A stretch of 64,000 nucleotides of DNA from an uncultured Chloroflexia bacterium (GCA_963824065.1 CAWGNX010000002.1:1153836-1217835), one strand, 5' to 3'; numbered from the stretch's first letter, positions 1-9,744 are shown. Numbers and translations are program-made. The notes: generated by a model not told the origin, from the sequence alone.

Positions 1-301
1 AAATATTAGAATATCCATCAGGAAATCGTTTTTTATGCCTCTTTTCTAGTTCTGCCTCCACTTCAGTCAGTGAAATCCCTTGCTGTACCAGTAAAACAAA
101 CAGATGATAGATCAGGTCAGCGGACTCTTCAATCGTACGCTGGCGTCCTTGTCTACCTGCTGCAATGATCACTTCCACAGCTTCTTCACCCACTTTTTGG
201 GCAGTTTTCTCGTAACCCGCGTTAAGTAGGCTGTTTGTATAAGCCCCTTCAACTGGATTATTTTTTCGATCAAGAACAAGATTAAATAGGATATTCAACA
301 T
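1..301 (-). CDS. hisE: phosphoribosyl-ATP pyrophosphatase (HisE); 3' end runs off the window
   Basis: Not in the ORF track because there is no stop inside the window. The ATG at 301 overlaps the hisI end by 20 nt. The translation [48 protein letters not shown]...ADLIYHLFVLLVQQGISLTEVEAELEKR looks like HisE, and it occupies the last position of the his operon. Confidence 0.8.
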   Translation of the reverse strand, partial: MLNILFNLVLDRKNNPVEGAYTNSLLNAGYEKTAQKVGEEAVEVIIAAGRQGRQRTIEESADLIYHLFVLLVQQGISLTEVEAELEKRHKKRFPDGYSNI

Positions 302-617
302 TATGTTCGTCCATAACCACAAAGAAACAACTAAAATTACCAGTATGGCACGCGGGTCCGCGCGGCTTGACCAACAACAGGAGGGCATCTCCATCGCAAT
401 CCACCTTGACCTCCTGAACATCCAGGAAATTTCCCGAACTCTCACCCTTTAACCACAGTTTCCTTCGGCTACGTGACCAAAAATGTGCCTGCCTTGTTTT
501 TAGTGTGCTTGCCACAGCCTGGGCATTCATCTTTGCAACCATCAAGACCTGGCCAGTATCAATATCTTGAACGATCGCTGTAAGTAATCCAGAAGAATCA
601 AATTTCAGCTTTTGCAT
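282..617 (-). CDS. hisI: phosphoribosyl-AMP cyclohydrolase
   Basis: 111-aa ORF with [20 protein letters not shown]...[12 protein letters not shown]...GPACHTG, typical of HisI. It follows hisF. Confidence 0.9.
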   Translation of the reverse strand: MQKLKFDSSGLLTAIVQDIDTGQVLMVAKMNAQAVASTLKTRQAHFWSRSRRKLWLKGESSGNFLDVQEVKVDCDGDALLLLVKPRGPACHTGNFSCFFVVMDEHNVEYPI

Positions 618-1392
618 CTAGTTCTCCATCTTGTACCAGTCTGATCGGAATTTGATTATCTGCTAGATATTGCTTCAACTCACCAATTGATAAGATTTGA
701 TCGTGGAACAAGGTCGCAGCTAAAGCCGCCTCTGCCTGAGTCTCAAGGAAAACATCCACAAAATCTTGCTTGCTTCCGGCCCCACCACTGGCGATTACTG
801 GCACAGTAACCGCAGAAGCAATTGCTTCTGTCAATTCGAGATCAAAACCATCCCGAGTACCATCACGATCCATACTGGTCAGCAAGATTTCACCTGCACC
901 GGCGTTCACACCCTGTAGCGCCCATTTGACAGCATCCAGACCAGTTGAGATTCTGCCCCCGTCCATAAAAACTTCCCATGCCCCGTCTCCTCTATGCTTT
1001 GCATCAATTGCCAGCACAATGCACTGATTTCCAAATCGCTTTGCAGCTTCGGTTAGCAGACCCGGGTCTTTCACCGCCGCAGAATTGATACTCACCTTGT
1101 CAGCCCCTGCCAGCAAAGTCTGACGGATATCCTTTACCTCACGGATGCCTCCCCCGACTGTCAGTGGCAGAAAAACCTGTTCCGCAATTGATTGAACTAC
1201 TTCCAATGTAGTTTGGTGTCCTTCAGGAGTTGCGGAGATATCGAGAAAAACCAATTCATCCGCGCCCATCCTGTCATAGGTTTTGGCCTGCGCTACCGGA
1301 TCACCGGCATCCCGCAGGTTAATAAAATTAATTCCCTTTACTACGCGCCCATCTTTGACATCAAGACAAGGAACAATACGCTTAGCGAACAT
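598..1392 (-). CDS. hisF: imidazole glycerol phosphate synthase, cyclase subunit
   Basis: [19 protein letters not shown]...[10 protein letters not shown]...SGGAG are HisF motifs. The ATG at 1392 is preferred over the TTG at 1395. Confidence 0.95.
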   Translation of the reverse strand: MFAKRIVPCLDVKDGRVVKGINFINLRDAGDPVAQAKTYDRMGADELVFLDISATPEGHQTTLEVVQSIAEQVFLPLTVGGGIREVKDIRQTLLAGADKVSINSAAVKDPGLLTEAAKRFGNQCIVLAIDAKHRGDGAWEVFMDGGRISTGLDAVKWALQGVNAGAGEILLTSMDRDGTRDGFDLELTEAIASAVTVPVIASGGAGSKQDFVDVFLETQAEAALAATLFHDQILSIGELKQYLADNQIPIRLVQDGELDAKAEI

Positions 1393-2115
1393 CAATGGCC
1401 TCCTTCAATGTGAAATTTCCCTCATAAAGCGCTTTTCCAACGATCACCCCCGCCAAACCAACCTTGCGCACTTGGGCATATATCCATCAGATTTGCAGAA
1501 CCACCAGATGCAATTACGCGTAAATTGGTCTGATCTGCTAACTGCTTTGAACTCACCCAATCCACACCTTTTTGCATCCCGTCATTTTGAATATTCGTAT
1601 AGATTAGTAATTTTGCACCACTATCTGCCAGCCTTTTCGCCAAGAGCAACCATACTAAGTCCTGAATTTGCTTGCCACCCTCGGCTCATAAGTTCCTGAC
1701 CAAGGACATCGAATCCAAAAGCAATCTTTTCTCCATCGAAACGCTTTAGAACTTCTTCGCCAAAATGCAGATTCTCAACTACAGCTGTGCCCAGTACTAT
1801 CCGTGAAACCCCCAAGTCAAATGCGGCCGATATCTGGTCCATTGTACGAAGGCCTCCCCCTAATTGAATCTTAACTTTCTCTTTTCCGGCTTGCACGACC
1901 TTGCTAATTGCAGCTTCGTTCTCACACGTTTCTTCTCCAAAAGCCGCGTTCAAATTGACCACATGCAACCATTTTGCTCCCTGGCTAATCCATTCTTGAG
2001 CAACCAATTCCGGCGAATCATTGTATTCTGTCTGTTGATCTCGCATTCCCTGACGTAAACGGACCACCTTACCAAAACGCAAATCAATCGCTGGATACAC
2101 GACGAATTCTCTCAT
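1382..2115 (-). pseudogene. hisA: ProFAR isomerase HisA; reading frame broken twice by single-base insertions (or consensus errors)
   Basis: Three consecutive frame segments together give a full HisA: MREFVVYPAIDLRFGKVV..., then LAKRLADSGAKLLIYTNIQNDG...VIASGG, then [32 protein letters not shown]. Start-to-stop length is 734 nt = 3n+2. Confidence 0.85.
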
Positions 2116-2116
2116 C

Positions 2117-2719
2117 TCATAACTCCACAAAATTCTTTAATATTTGCAGGCCAACTTTTTGACTCTTTTCAGGATGAAACTGCACGCCAAAGATATTGGC
2201 TCGCTCAACTGAAGAAGCAAACTGTACACCGTATTCTGTAGTCGTAAGCACATCCGCACCAACTTTTGGGATACAGTAATAACTATGGTTAAAATAAACA
2301 TAATCCCCCTTCTGAAGGCCATGCATCAGCATTGATGACTTATTAACATCCATTTGGTTCCAACCAATTTGCGGCACTTTGATACCCGGCTGTTGAAAAA
2401 GGACCACCTTGCCAGGGAGTAAGCCGAGCCCCAAGTGATGCCCTCGCTCCTCACTTTCTTCAAACAGCAACTGCATTCCCAAACAAATTCCCAGCAAGGG
2501 TATGCCCGACGCAGCCACCTCTCGAACAACGTTTACCAGCTCTCGAGAATCCAATCCGTTTATCCCATCAGCAAACGCGCCAACCCCTGGAAGGATTACT
2601 TTATCCGAATTATGGATCACTTGAGGATCCTGAGTAACAATAGCCTCTCCGCCCACATGTTTTACCGCCTTATGAACCGAGTGCAAATTCCCTAGTCCAT
2701 AATTTATTATCGCGATCAT
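2117..2719 (-). CDS. hisH: imidazole glycerol phosphate synthase, glutamine amidotransferase subunit
   Basis: MIAIINYGLGNLHSV...LPGVGAF...GICLGMQLL...FHPEKS is a class-I GATase of the HisH type. Its ATG overlaps the hisB TGA. Confidence 0.95.
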   Translation of the reverse strand: MIAIINYGLGNLHSVHKAVKHVGGEAIVTQDPQVIHNSDKVILPGVGAFADGINGLDSRELVNVVREVAASGIPLLGICLGMQLLFEESEERGHHLGLGLLPGKVVLFQQPGIKVPQIGWNQMDVNKSSMLMHGLQKGDYVYFNHSYYCIPKVGADVLTTTEYGVQFASSVERANIFGVQFHPEKSQKVGLQILKNFVEL

Positions 2720-3307
2720 CACAGGACACCCTTGGAACTAGGTATGCTGTCTCTTCTACGCGTGTCAATCTGTACTGCCATTGACATTGCACGCGCCATC
2801 GCTTTGAATAGTGATTCAGCCATATGATGATTATCCCTTCCATCATGTACGATTAAATGCATGATAGAGGCACTCGCTGTAGCAAATGACTCAAAGAAAT
2901 GCTCCAGAAGGGATGTGGGCAATCCACCCACTATCGGCGATGTCCAAGCAGTATTCATCACAGCATAGGGACGGCCGGAAAAATCAATCACCACTTGGCT
3001 TAGGGCTTCATCCATTGGCACAGTTGTAGATGCAGTCCTGGTGATCCCTACCTTTGTTCCCAGGGCTTGTTTGAAAGCTAACCCAAGAGTTAATGCACAA
3101 TCTTCAACTGTATGATGTGGGTCAATATTCAGGTCACCTTTCGCACTTGATCACCAGATCGAATAGTCCATGGACCGCAATCTGGGTCAACATATGGTCA
3201 AAAAAACCAACACCTGTATCGATATCATATTTTCCAGTTCCATCAAGGTTTACTTCTACAAAAATGTCAGTCTCTTTGGTTTTTCGTTCAATTTTTGCTG
3301 TTCTCAT
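2719..3307 (-). pseudogene. hisB: imidazoleglycerol-phosphate dehydratase; one frameshift near 3137-3146
   Basis: The N-terminal frame reads [55 protein letters not shown]. The sequence continues in a shifted frame as [19 protein letters not shown]...PMDEALSQVVIDFSGRPY.... Length is 589 nt = 3n+1. Confidence 0.85.
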
Positions 3308-3375
3308 CGTTCACTTAATTCCTTTCAATGCAAAGAGCAATGTCTCGTTTTGCTCTTGTGTCCCAACACTGATCC

Positions 3376-4406
3376 TTATATGGTCGGATAACCAGGGTTA
3401 TCAAAATGCCGAATCAGGATCCCCTGCTTCCGCAATCGATGCTTGACCTCAATCGCCGATCTCCCCTCAACTCGGCACAGAATGAAGTTTGCCTGAGATG
3501 GATAGGGCTTAAGCCACGGAATTTGATCTAATGTTTTGTAGAAGAAACCTCGCTGCCTAATGATCTCGGAAATATTCTCGTCCACCTTAGAAAGATTTCG
3601 CATTGTGACAACAGCCGCTTGTTCGGCGGCTACTGAAACATTGTATGGCTGTTTGGCCTTCATCAACATCGGCACAAATGGCTCAGGAAAAACGCCATAG
3701 CCAATCCGTAGACCTGCCAAGCCAGCCCATTTGCTAAAAGTACGCAGCACGATTAAATTAGTAAAATCACTTACTTCGGTGATGATGTGCCCCCCCCTTT
3801 TCACTAAACTGGATATAGGCCTCATCAATAACTAAAAGCAGTGGGAGGTCAATTAATTTGTGAAAATCGCTCTCTGAGATCATCCCGCCATCTGGGTTAT
3901 TGGGATTTGCTATGAACATTATACCTGGGCTTATGTTTCTTAACAGCATCCTGTATCACTTGTACATCCAGGGAGAAATCTAGTCTTCGGGGAACTGAAA
4001 TCACCTGGGCTTGATTTAATGCGCCATCAAAGGCATACATACCAAAGGTAGGGGGACAATTTATTATTGCATCCCCTGGTTCAAGAACAATCCGCATGAT
4101 CAAGTCGATCAACTCATCCGCACCGGCCCCAATCACAATTCTCTCTTGGTTGATTTGATGGTGTTCTGCCAGTAGATTGCGTATCCTGCGGCTTTCTGGG
4201 TCTGGATAGATATGAAGAGTATTCAATCTTGCCAGCATTTCCTGAACTTCTGATAATGGCCCATATGGATTCTCGTTCGCATCCAATTTCACCAACTTTT
4301 CCACTGGAATTCCCAATTCATCTGAGAGCACATCAAATGGCAAGATTGGTTCATAAGGAGGTAAATCCCGGATATGTTGACGGATAAAATCTATGGCGTT
4401 GGTCAT
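3376..4406 (-). pseudogene. hisC: histidinol-phosphate aminotransferase; two frameshifts (C8 run 3790-3797 and about 3918-3935)
   Basis: Three frame segments (ORFs 3897-4523, 3767-3949 and 3376-3828) concatenate into a class-II aminotransferase: ...IMFIANPNNPDG...VIDEAYIQF...LRTFSKWAGLAGLRIGY. The likely start is MTNAIDF at 4406. Length is 1031 nt = 3n+2. Confidence 0.85.
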
Positions 4407-4513
4407 TTTTCCGCCATGCTCTGAGCTCTGGCTGAAGCTACATGGGCAGTCAAGCTTTCTAGCTCTGCCAGTTCTGCGGCAATCGATGCTAAGTTCCTGC
4501 TGCTTTCGCTGAA

Positions 4514-5723
4514 TCAATCCCAATCACGCTTGATAATTTTTACAAAGTCCAGCACATTCAACGGGGAACCAAAACGAGCCGTACCTCCGGTCGGCATGAT
4601 ATGGCTAGGGCCAGCCACATAATCCCCAAGTACTTCAAAAGAATGCTCACCTAAGAAGAACCCACCTGCGTTATTAATCTTTTCCATCAATACCTCCGGC
4701 TTTTCAACTGATAAACATAAATGCTCTGCTGCGTACTCATTTGCTAGATAAGCGGCCTGATCAAGTGACTCTGTCACAACAATACCCCCGGCATTTTTTA
4801 TTGAGGCGGCGATTATCTCCTTTCGACTCAAATCAGCAAGCTGGGCGAATACTTCCTCTTGAACCGCTTTTGCAAATTCAAGATTAGGTGTCAGCAAGAT
4901 GGCGCTAGCCTGCACATCATGTTCGGCTTGAGCAAGCAGGTCAGCGGCAACCCATTTCGGGTTAGCTGTCTGGTCAGCAATCACCATAGTCTCGGTTGGA
5001 CCCGCCAAACCATCCAATCCAACCACCCCAAATAACTGCTGTTTGGCAAGAGTTACAAACAGATTTCCAGCCCCGACAATCTTATCTACCTTCTGAACTG
5101 ATTCTGTTCCAAATGCTAACGCGGCGATTGCCTGAGCGCCGCCTATTTGGTATACAGAATTTACTCCGCAAAGGTATGCAGCACCCAAGATTGATGGAGC
5201 GATTACAGGAGGTGAGGACACAAAAATCTGTTTTACACCCGCAACTTTCGCAGGGATCACACTCATCAGCAATGAAGAGGGTAGCGGTGCAGTCCCACCA
5301 GGCACATAAATCCCAACTCGCTCAATTGGTGTAACACGCTGGCCCAATTGTCCCCCCATATCTTTGGTGATCCAACTCTGGATAGGCTGCTTTTCGTGAA
5401 AACCCCGAATCCGGTCAGCCGCAGTCTGCATCGCTTGCTTTATCGATAGAGGAAGCTGTCTCCAAGCTTCCTCTAGGCTTGAACGCGGTATCGCAATCGA
5501 ATTACTATCAAAACGATCTAATAATTTCGACCATTTTCGAATTGCCTTGTCACCTTCTTTCTCAACGGAATTTCAAAATAATTTCCACCGCTTGAGGGGG
5601 TGTGATACCCTTGCCGAAGAATTTTTCGGTGCGTTGAATGGTCATGGGAGAATAATCGATTTTGTTGAGCGCCTTCCTTTGCAGGATAGAGTGTTTAGCT
5701 TCTTCAACAGAATAAATTTTCAT
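4514..5723 (-). pseudogene. hisD: histidinol dehydrogenase; one frameshift near 5566-5576
   Basis: The ATG at 5723 overlaps the hisG stop (ATGA). MKIYSVEEAK...AVEIILK then continues in a shifted frame as SVEKEGDKAIRKWS..., joining the 305-aa ORF that contains YVPGG...AGPTE...AQAEHD. Length is 1210 nt = 3n+1. Confidence 0.85.
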
Positions 5724-6727
5724 TCTTCCTCCAATGCTGACATCAGATTGATAATTTCTTGGGGCTGCTCCTCAAAAATATAATTGACCGGTGAGACCAC
5801 AACACCGCTTCCCCCAATTTCTCTTAGCTCTCTAATAGCTTTGTGGAGTTCTTCTTTTCTAACAACAACATGAATAGCATAAAAGCTCTCTTTATCACGG
5901 GTAAGGATACGGGAGATTGATGGACCTTGCAATCCTCTGATTGCTTCCTGATCAAAGATTTTTCCTGCAATTTCCGCCTCGCTGCCTGCACGTACATTTG
6001 CAAAGACAGCTAGATTTTGTTTGCCACGTAAGTGTGCGCCGATCATTTCCAATAACTGAGTAGCAATCTCAAGCGTTTCTGAATTCCTTTTGAGACTCTG
6101 CTTATTGGCAATAAGACAAGCCTCAGCGTCCAGAAGTTTTCCTCCTGAAAGCTTTTTCAAGCGGTTGTCCCTCAAGGTAGTACCTGTCGAAACAAGATCG
6201 ACGATCAAATCTGCATACCCCACTGTAGTGGCAATTTCTAAAGCCCCCTCGGCCTGGATGACTTCAATCAAAATCTTAGTCTTGGTAGAAAAGAAATCTT
6301 CTACCAGCCTAGAGAATTTCGTTGCAACTTTTAACGGTCTCCCTAACGACTTTTGAAAAACCTGTAAATCTGCCAAAGAATTTATTTCCATCCAATCATC
6401 GGGAACTATCACATTTAGAGTACATTTGGCAAATCCTAACTGGCTATGTAGTTCTAATATCCTTCCATATTTGTCTTTCTTTTCAAGATAAATATCCCTA
6501 CCGGTAATTCCAAAATCCACACTGCCATCCCGTACACTAATCACGATATCCCCCGGTCTTTGGAAGATTACTTCCACCTCTGGCATGAGCTGGATCCAGG
6601 CGATATATTGACGCGGGTTTGGGTTGTATACTGGTAAGCCTACATCTGCCAGTAGTTGCTTACTACCTTCCGCCAGCAGACCTTTACTTGGAAGAGCTAT
6701 TCTGATCTTTCGGCTATGTTTGGTCAT
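5720..6727 (-). CDS. hisG: ATP phosphoribosyltransferase (long form)
   Basis: MTKHSRKIRIALPSKGLL...DIVDLVSTGTTLRDN... are HisG motifs. A GGGAG Shine-Dalgarno lies 6 nt before the ATG at 6727. The in-frame upstream extension to 6913 covers a terminator hairpin and is not believed to be coding. Confidence 0.9.
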   Translation of the reverse strand: MTKHSRKIRIALPSKGLLAEGSKQLLADVGLPVYNPNPRQYIAWIQLMPEVEVIFQRPGDIVISVRDGSVDFGITGRDIYLEKKDKYGRILELHSQLGFAKCTLNVIVPDDWMEINSLADLQVFQKSLGRPLKVATKFSRLVEDFFSTKTKILIEVIQAEGALEIATTVGYADLIVDLVSTGTTLRDNRLKKLSGGKLLDAEACLIANKQSLKRNSETLEIATQLLEMIGAHLRGKQNLAVFANVRAGSEAEIAGKIFDQEAIRGLQGPSISRILTRDKESFYAIHVVVRKEELHKAIRELREIGGSGVVVSPVNYIFEEQPQEIINLMSALEEE

Positions 6728-6760
6728 AATGAACTCCCACAATCGAATTAATTCAACCAT

Positions 6761-6790
6761 CAAAAAACGCCCCCCTTCCGGGGAGCGTTT
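6761..6790 (-). terminator. intrinsic terminator-like hairpin immediately upstream of hisG (candidate attenuator)
   Basis: The minus-strand RNA reads ACGCUCCCC-GGAA-GGGGGGCGU followed by UUUUUUG. This is a 9-bp GC-rich stem plus a U6 tract, ending about 34 nt before the hisG ATG. Confidence 0.6.
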
Positions 6791-6816
6791 GTCATAAAAA
6801 GTAGAAAATACCTGAC

Positions 6817-6924
6817 TTATGATCTCTTTAACGCAGTCTTGCCCTGGAAGGTGACCGGTGGTTTTTGGCAATGATGATGGTGGCAAAACAGAGCAATCGA
6901 AATCATGATGCAAAATTTTATCAT
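6817..6924 (-). promoter_or_regulatory. candidate his leader peptide ORF (35 aa) with four consecutive His codons
   Basis: An ATG-started ORF encodes MIKFCIMISIALFCHHHHCQKPPVTFQGKTALKRS. The CAC CAU CAU CAU codons are at 6871-6882. The ORF ends 27 nt before the terminator hairpin. There is no convincing Shine-Dalgarno. Confidence 0.4.
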
Positions 6925-6958
6925 TGATTACTCAATAACTCAATAGCTTAGTTGGGGC

Positions 6959-7667
6959 GGGAGTGGATAAAGGATGGGCTTAGATGAACTGGAAGACATG
7001 AGCCGGGTAATTGGGAAAACGTTGTTTATACAATTGGCGGTGATTGAAACTATACACAAAGAGCATCAAAGCCGCCTTCAGGGCTTCCGGGCAGCGGGAA
7101 AAGCAGCGCGAACGGCGTGCCAAGCGCGCCAGATAATGGCGTAGTTCGGCGTTGTCGCCTTCAACCGAATAGGTTTCGGCCTTGCCTTGGGAGACTTCAT
7201 AAACACTGCCGTGATACCACAGGCGATCATAGGCATCAAAAGCATCGCACTAGTAGCGTTTGGCGATAGGCGCCTGGTCTACCAGCTCTTGGATGGCTTG
7301 CTGTGTCCTTTGCCAGACGACGCGGAGGCCCAAATAGCAACGCGTAGCCCGATCGACGACCGTCAGGACGTAGATATGATTTTTTTCTCCCCAACGATGG
7401 TGAACAGCTCGTCCATTTCCACTTCTTTGACTTCGCTGGGTACCGGTGGATCGGGTAATTGGGCTGTGTGTGCTTTGACCCATAAAGAGACGGTCCGATG
7501 ATGAAGGCCCTGGGTTTGGGTTCGGGCGTGTACTTGATCTGGCAGTACATGCAGCCTTACCGTTGACTGCCGCTTTCCGTTTTTCCGGCTCGGTTTTGGC
7601 GCTCTGTTTGATTGCATCTTGGACATTGGGTCATTCCCATATTTTCGCCCAGTTATTGTCCACTCCC
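6959..7667 (-). mobile_element. degenerate IS1-family element (transposase pseudogene 6980-7634)
   Basis: The remnant has a zinc-finger start MTQCPRCNQ... and a DDE region EMDELFTIVGEKK/NHIYVLTVVDRATRCYLG...YSDAFDAYD...VEGDNAELRHYLARLARRSRCFSRC. It is broken by TAA (7557-7559), TAG (7250-7252) and two -1-type breaks, one at about 7510 and one at the T7/A7 run 7380-7386. Short terminal inverted repeats GGGAGTGGA occur at 6959-6967 and 7659-7667. Confidence 0.7.
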
Positions 7668-7685
7668 TTGTGTTTTGTCAATGAT

Positions 7686-8626
7686 ATTAAATAACCCAAG
7701 TTGCCACCATAGGTAGCTGATATAAAAGATCCATGCGTTTCTGGTAAAGTTTTCGGTGACCAAACCAAAACTCGCCGGAGGGACGCATGGACAGCCAAAT
7801 TGTAGCAGTATATTGCCTGTGTGACGATCTATTGAAAGCACTTTACCATCCCGAAGATCAGCAATGCCAGATCAGCGATGCCGAAGTCATGACCACTGCG
7901 ATCACAGCCATGCTTTACTTCAGTGGCAATTACGAAGCAGCGCGGCGTTTCTTGATGGAATATGGTTACATTCCCCGGATGTTGGGTAAAAGCCGGTTCA
8001 ATCGTCGCCTGCATCGGATTCGTGAACTCTTTCTTACTCTGTTTGGGATGCTGGGAGAGACCTGGAAAGAGCTGAATGAGCGCTCGATCTACATCATCGA
8101 CAGCTTTCCGGTGGCAGCCTGCGACAACTACCGCATCCTGCGTTGCCGCCTGTATCGGGGCGAAGAATGGCGCGGTTATCAAGCCAGTAAGCGAAGGTAC
8201 TTCTATGGTCTCAAGATCCATCTCATGATCACCGAACACGGTCAACCGGTTGAGTTCTTTCTTACACCTGGCGAATACAGTGACACAAAGGCTTTGACCC
8301 TGTATCGATTTGATCTCCCAGAGCGATCAAAAATCACTGGAGACAAGGCTTATAACGATTATGACGTGGAAGATGCCCTGTTTGAAGCCGATCTTCACTT
8401 GACACCTTTGCGAAAGAAGAATTCCAAGCGACCCTTACGACCGTGGGTCTTCTACTTGATGTCTTCTTACCGATATACCATTGAAACCACAGCTAGTATG
8501 ATTGAACGAATCCTGCCAAAACATATCCATGCTGTTACCGCTGCGGGTTTTGAACTCAAGGTATATCTTTTTGTTCTTGCCAGTCGTATCGGTTACCTCT
8601 TTAGGTAGCAACTTGGGTTAATTAAT
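7686..8626 (+). mobile_element. IS982-family insertion sequence, apparently intact
   Basis: 23-bp terminal inverted repeats ATTAA[A/T]TAACCCAAGTTGC[C/T]ACC lie at 7686-7708 and 8604-8626 (21/23 match). They flank a single 273-aa DDE transposase ORF. Confidence 0.8.
7787..8608 (+). CDS. IS982-family transposase
   Basis: 273 aa, with VYCLCDDLLK...IIDSFPVAACDNYR...GYQASKRRYFYGLKIHLMIT...TGDKAYNDY...IETTASMIE, typical of IS982-type DDE transposases. Confidence 0.8.
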   Translation: MDSQIVAVYCLCDDLLKALYHPEDQQCQISDAEVMTTAITAMLYFSGNYEAARRFLMEYGYIPRMLGKSRFNRRLHRIRELFLTLFGMLGETWKELNERSIYIIDSFPVAACDNYRILRCRLYRGEEWRGYQASKRRYFYGLKIHLMITEHGQPVEFFLTPGEYSDTKALTLYRFDLPERSKITGDKAYNDYDVEDALFEADLHLTPLRKKNSKRPLRPWVFYLMSSYRYTIETTASMIERILPKHIHAVTAAGFELKVYLFVLASRIGYLFR

Positions 8627-8802
8627 CAGGTAAAAATCACAGACACTCTCTTACACTTATTTAAATTAAGACTAAGATTCCGAAAATTTCAAGCAGTCGA
8701 GCCCGATTTCCCTGAGAATTCGAGAAGGATGGTGTTCGGTATAGGTCACGCCAGGAGAACCCAATGAAGCCTGGATTTTGACCAGGCTTTATAATAATTT
8801 AT

Positions 8803-9744
8803 ATGGAAACGGATGTGTCACGGGATGATTTTGATGTTCTAATTGTGGGAAATGCAGGTGTTGATACAAATATCTTTTTATATGGGGACTCGATTGATTT
8901 CTCAGTTGAAGCAAACTTTTCAAATAATATCGATTATGTTGGTCAGGCAGGTGGTTTTACGAGCAGAGGCTTCGCTCAGCTGGGTTGGCGAATTGCTTAT
9001 ATCGGATCCTTAGGGGACGACCATAACGGATTATTGGTTCGCTCAGAATTCCAAAATGATGGAATTGATACTACGGGAATTTTTCTGGATCCAGCTGGTA
9101 CAGCAAGGTCAGTAAATTTGATGTATGCGAATGGGCAGAGGAAAAATTTTTACGATGGCAAGAGCCATATGTCTCTGATGCCAGACATCGATTATTGCAG
9201 GTCACTCATCCAACGTGCAAAATTGGTCCATTTTAATATTCCTAATTGGGCAAGACACCTGCTGGATTACGCCAACGGATGCAATGCGGTGGTTTCTTGC
9301 GATATCCAGGATATTGTCACCCTAACGGACCCTTACCGGGAAGATTTCATCAATTATGCTGATATTTTGTTTTTCTCTGCTGCCAATTTTCCAGAACCAA
9401 TTTCAATCATTGAATCCCTTCTTGCGAAAAAACCAGAACAAATCGTGATTTGCGGTATGGGTGAAAAAGGCTGTGCGCTTGGGTCAAAACGAGGAATAGC
9501 TCACTTTTCTCCCCCTCCACTTGAGCTTCCCATTATTGATACCAATGGCGCGGGGGATGGCCTTGCAGTGGGTTTCCTGTCGAGCTATGTATTGGAAAAT
9601 TACGACCTAGAGACATCAATTCTCAGAGGTCAGATCACAGCAAGATATACGTGTAGTCAAAGAGCATCGAGTTCAAATTTAATTACCCAGGAACAATTAG
9701 ATTATTATTCAAACCTTCTCCGGACAAGTTCAGAAAAACAATAA
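8803..9744 (+). CDS. PfkB-family carbohydrate kinase
   Basis: 313 aa with an N-terminal G-rich sheet and the C-terminal DTNGAGDGLAVGF signature of ribokinase/PfkB kinases. Confidence 0.8.
   Translation: METDVSRDDFDVLIVGNAGVDTNIFLYGDSIDFSVEANFSNNIDYVGQAGGFTSRGFAQLGWRIAYIGSLGDDHNGLLVRSEFQNDGIDTTGIFLDPAGTARSVNLMYANGQRKNFYDGKSHMSLMPDIDYCRSLIQRAKLVHFNIPNWARHLLDYANGCNAVVSCDIQDIVTLTDPYREDFINYADILFFSAANFPEPISIIESLLAKKPEQIVICGMGEKGCALGSKRGIAHFSPPPLELPIIDTNGAGDGLAVGFLSSYVLENYDLETSILRGQITARYTCSQRASSSNLITQEQLDYYSNLLRTSSEKQ

Noticed and set aside
282-301. A possible frameshifted hisIE fusion
   Set aside because: hisE has its own ATG (301) overlapping the hisI stop by 20 nt. Separate overlapping hisI and hisE genes explain the sequence without invoking another frameshift.
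6728-6913. In-frame N-terminal extension of hisG in the ORF track (397-aa version starting MHHDFDC...)
   Set aside because: The extension reads through a GC-rich terminator hairpin plus U-tract and the His-codon leader region. A good Shine-Dalgarno (GGGAG) precedes the ATG at 6727, where HisG-like sequence begins.
8767-8802. Hairpin AAGCCTGG...CCAGGCTT and a TTGACC/TATAAT-like pair before the PfkB gene
   Set aside because: The -35/-10 spacing is only 6 nt, so this is not a functional sigma-70 promoter as read. The hairpin lacks a U-tract. I left it unannotated.
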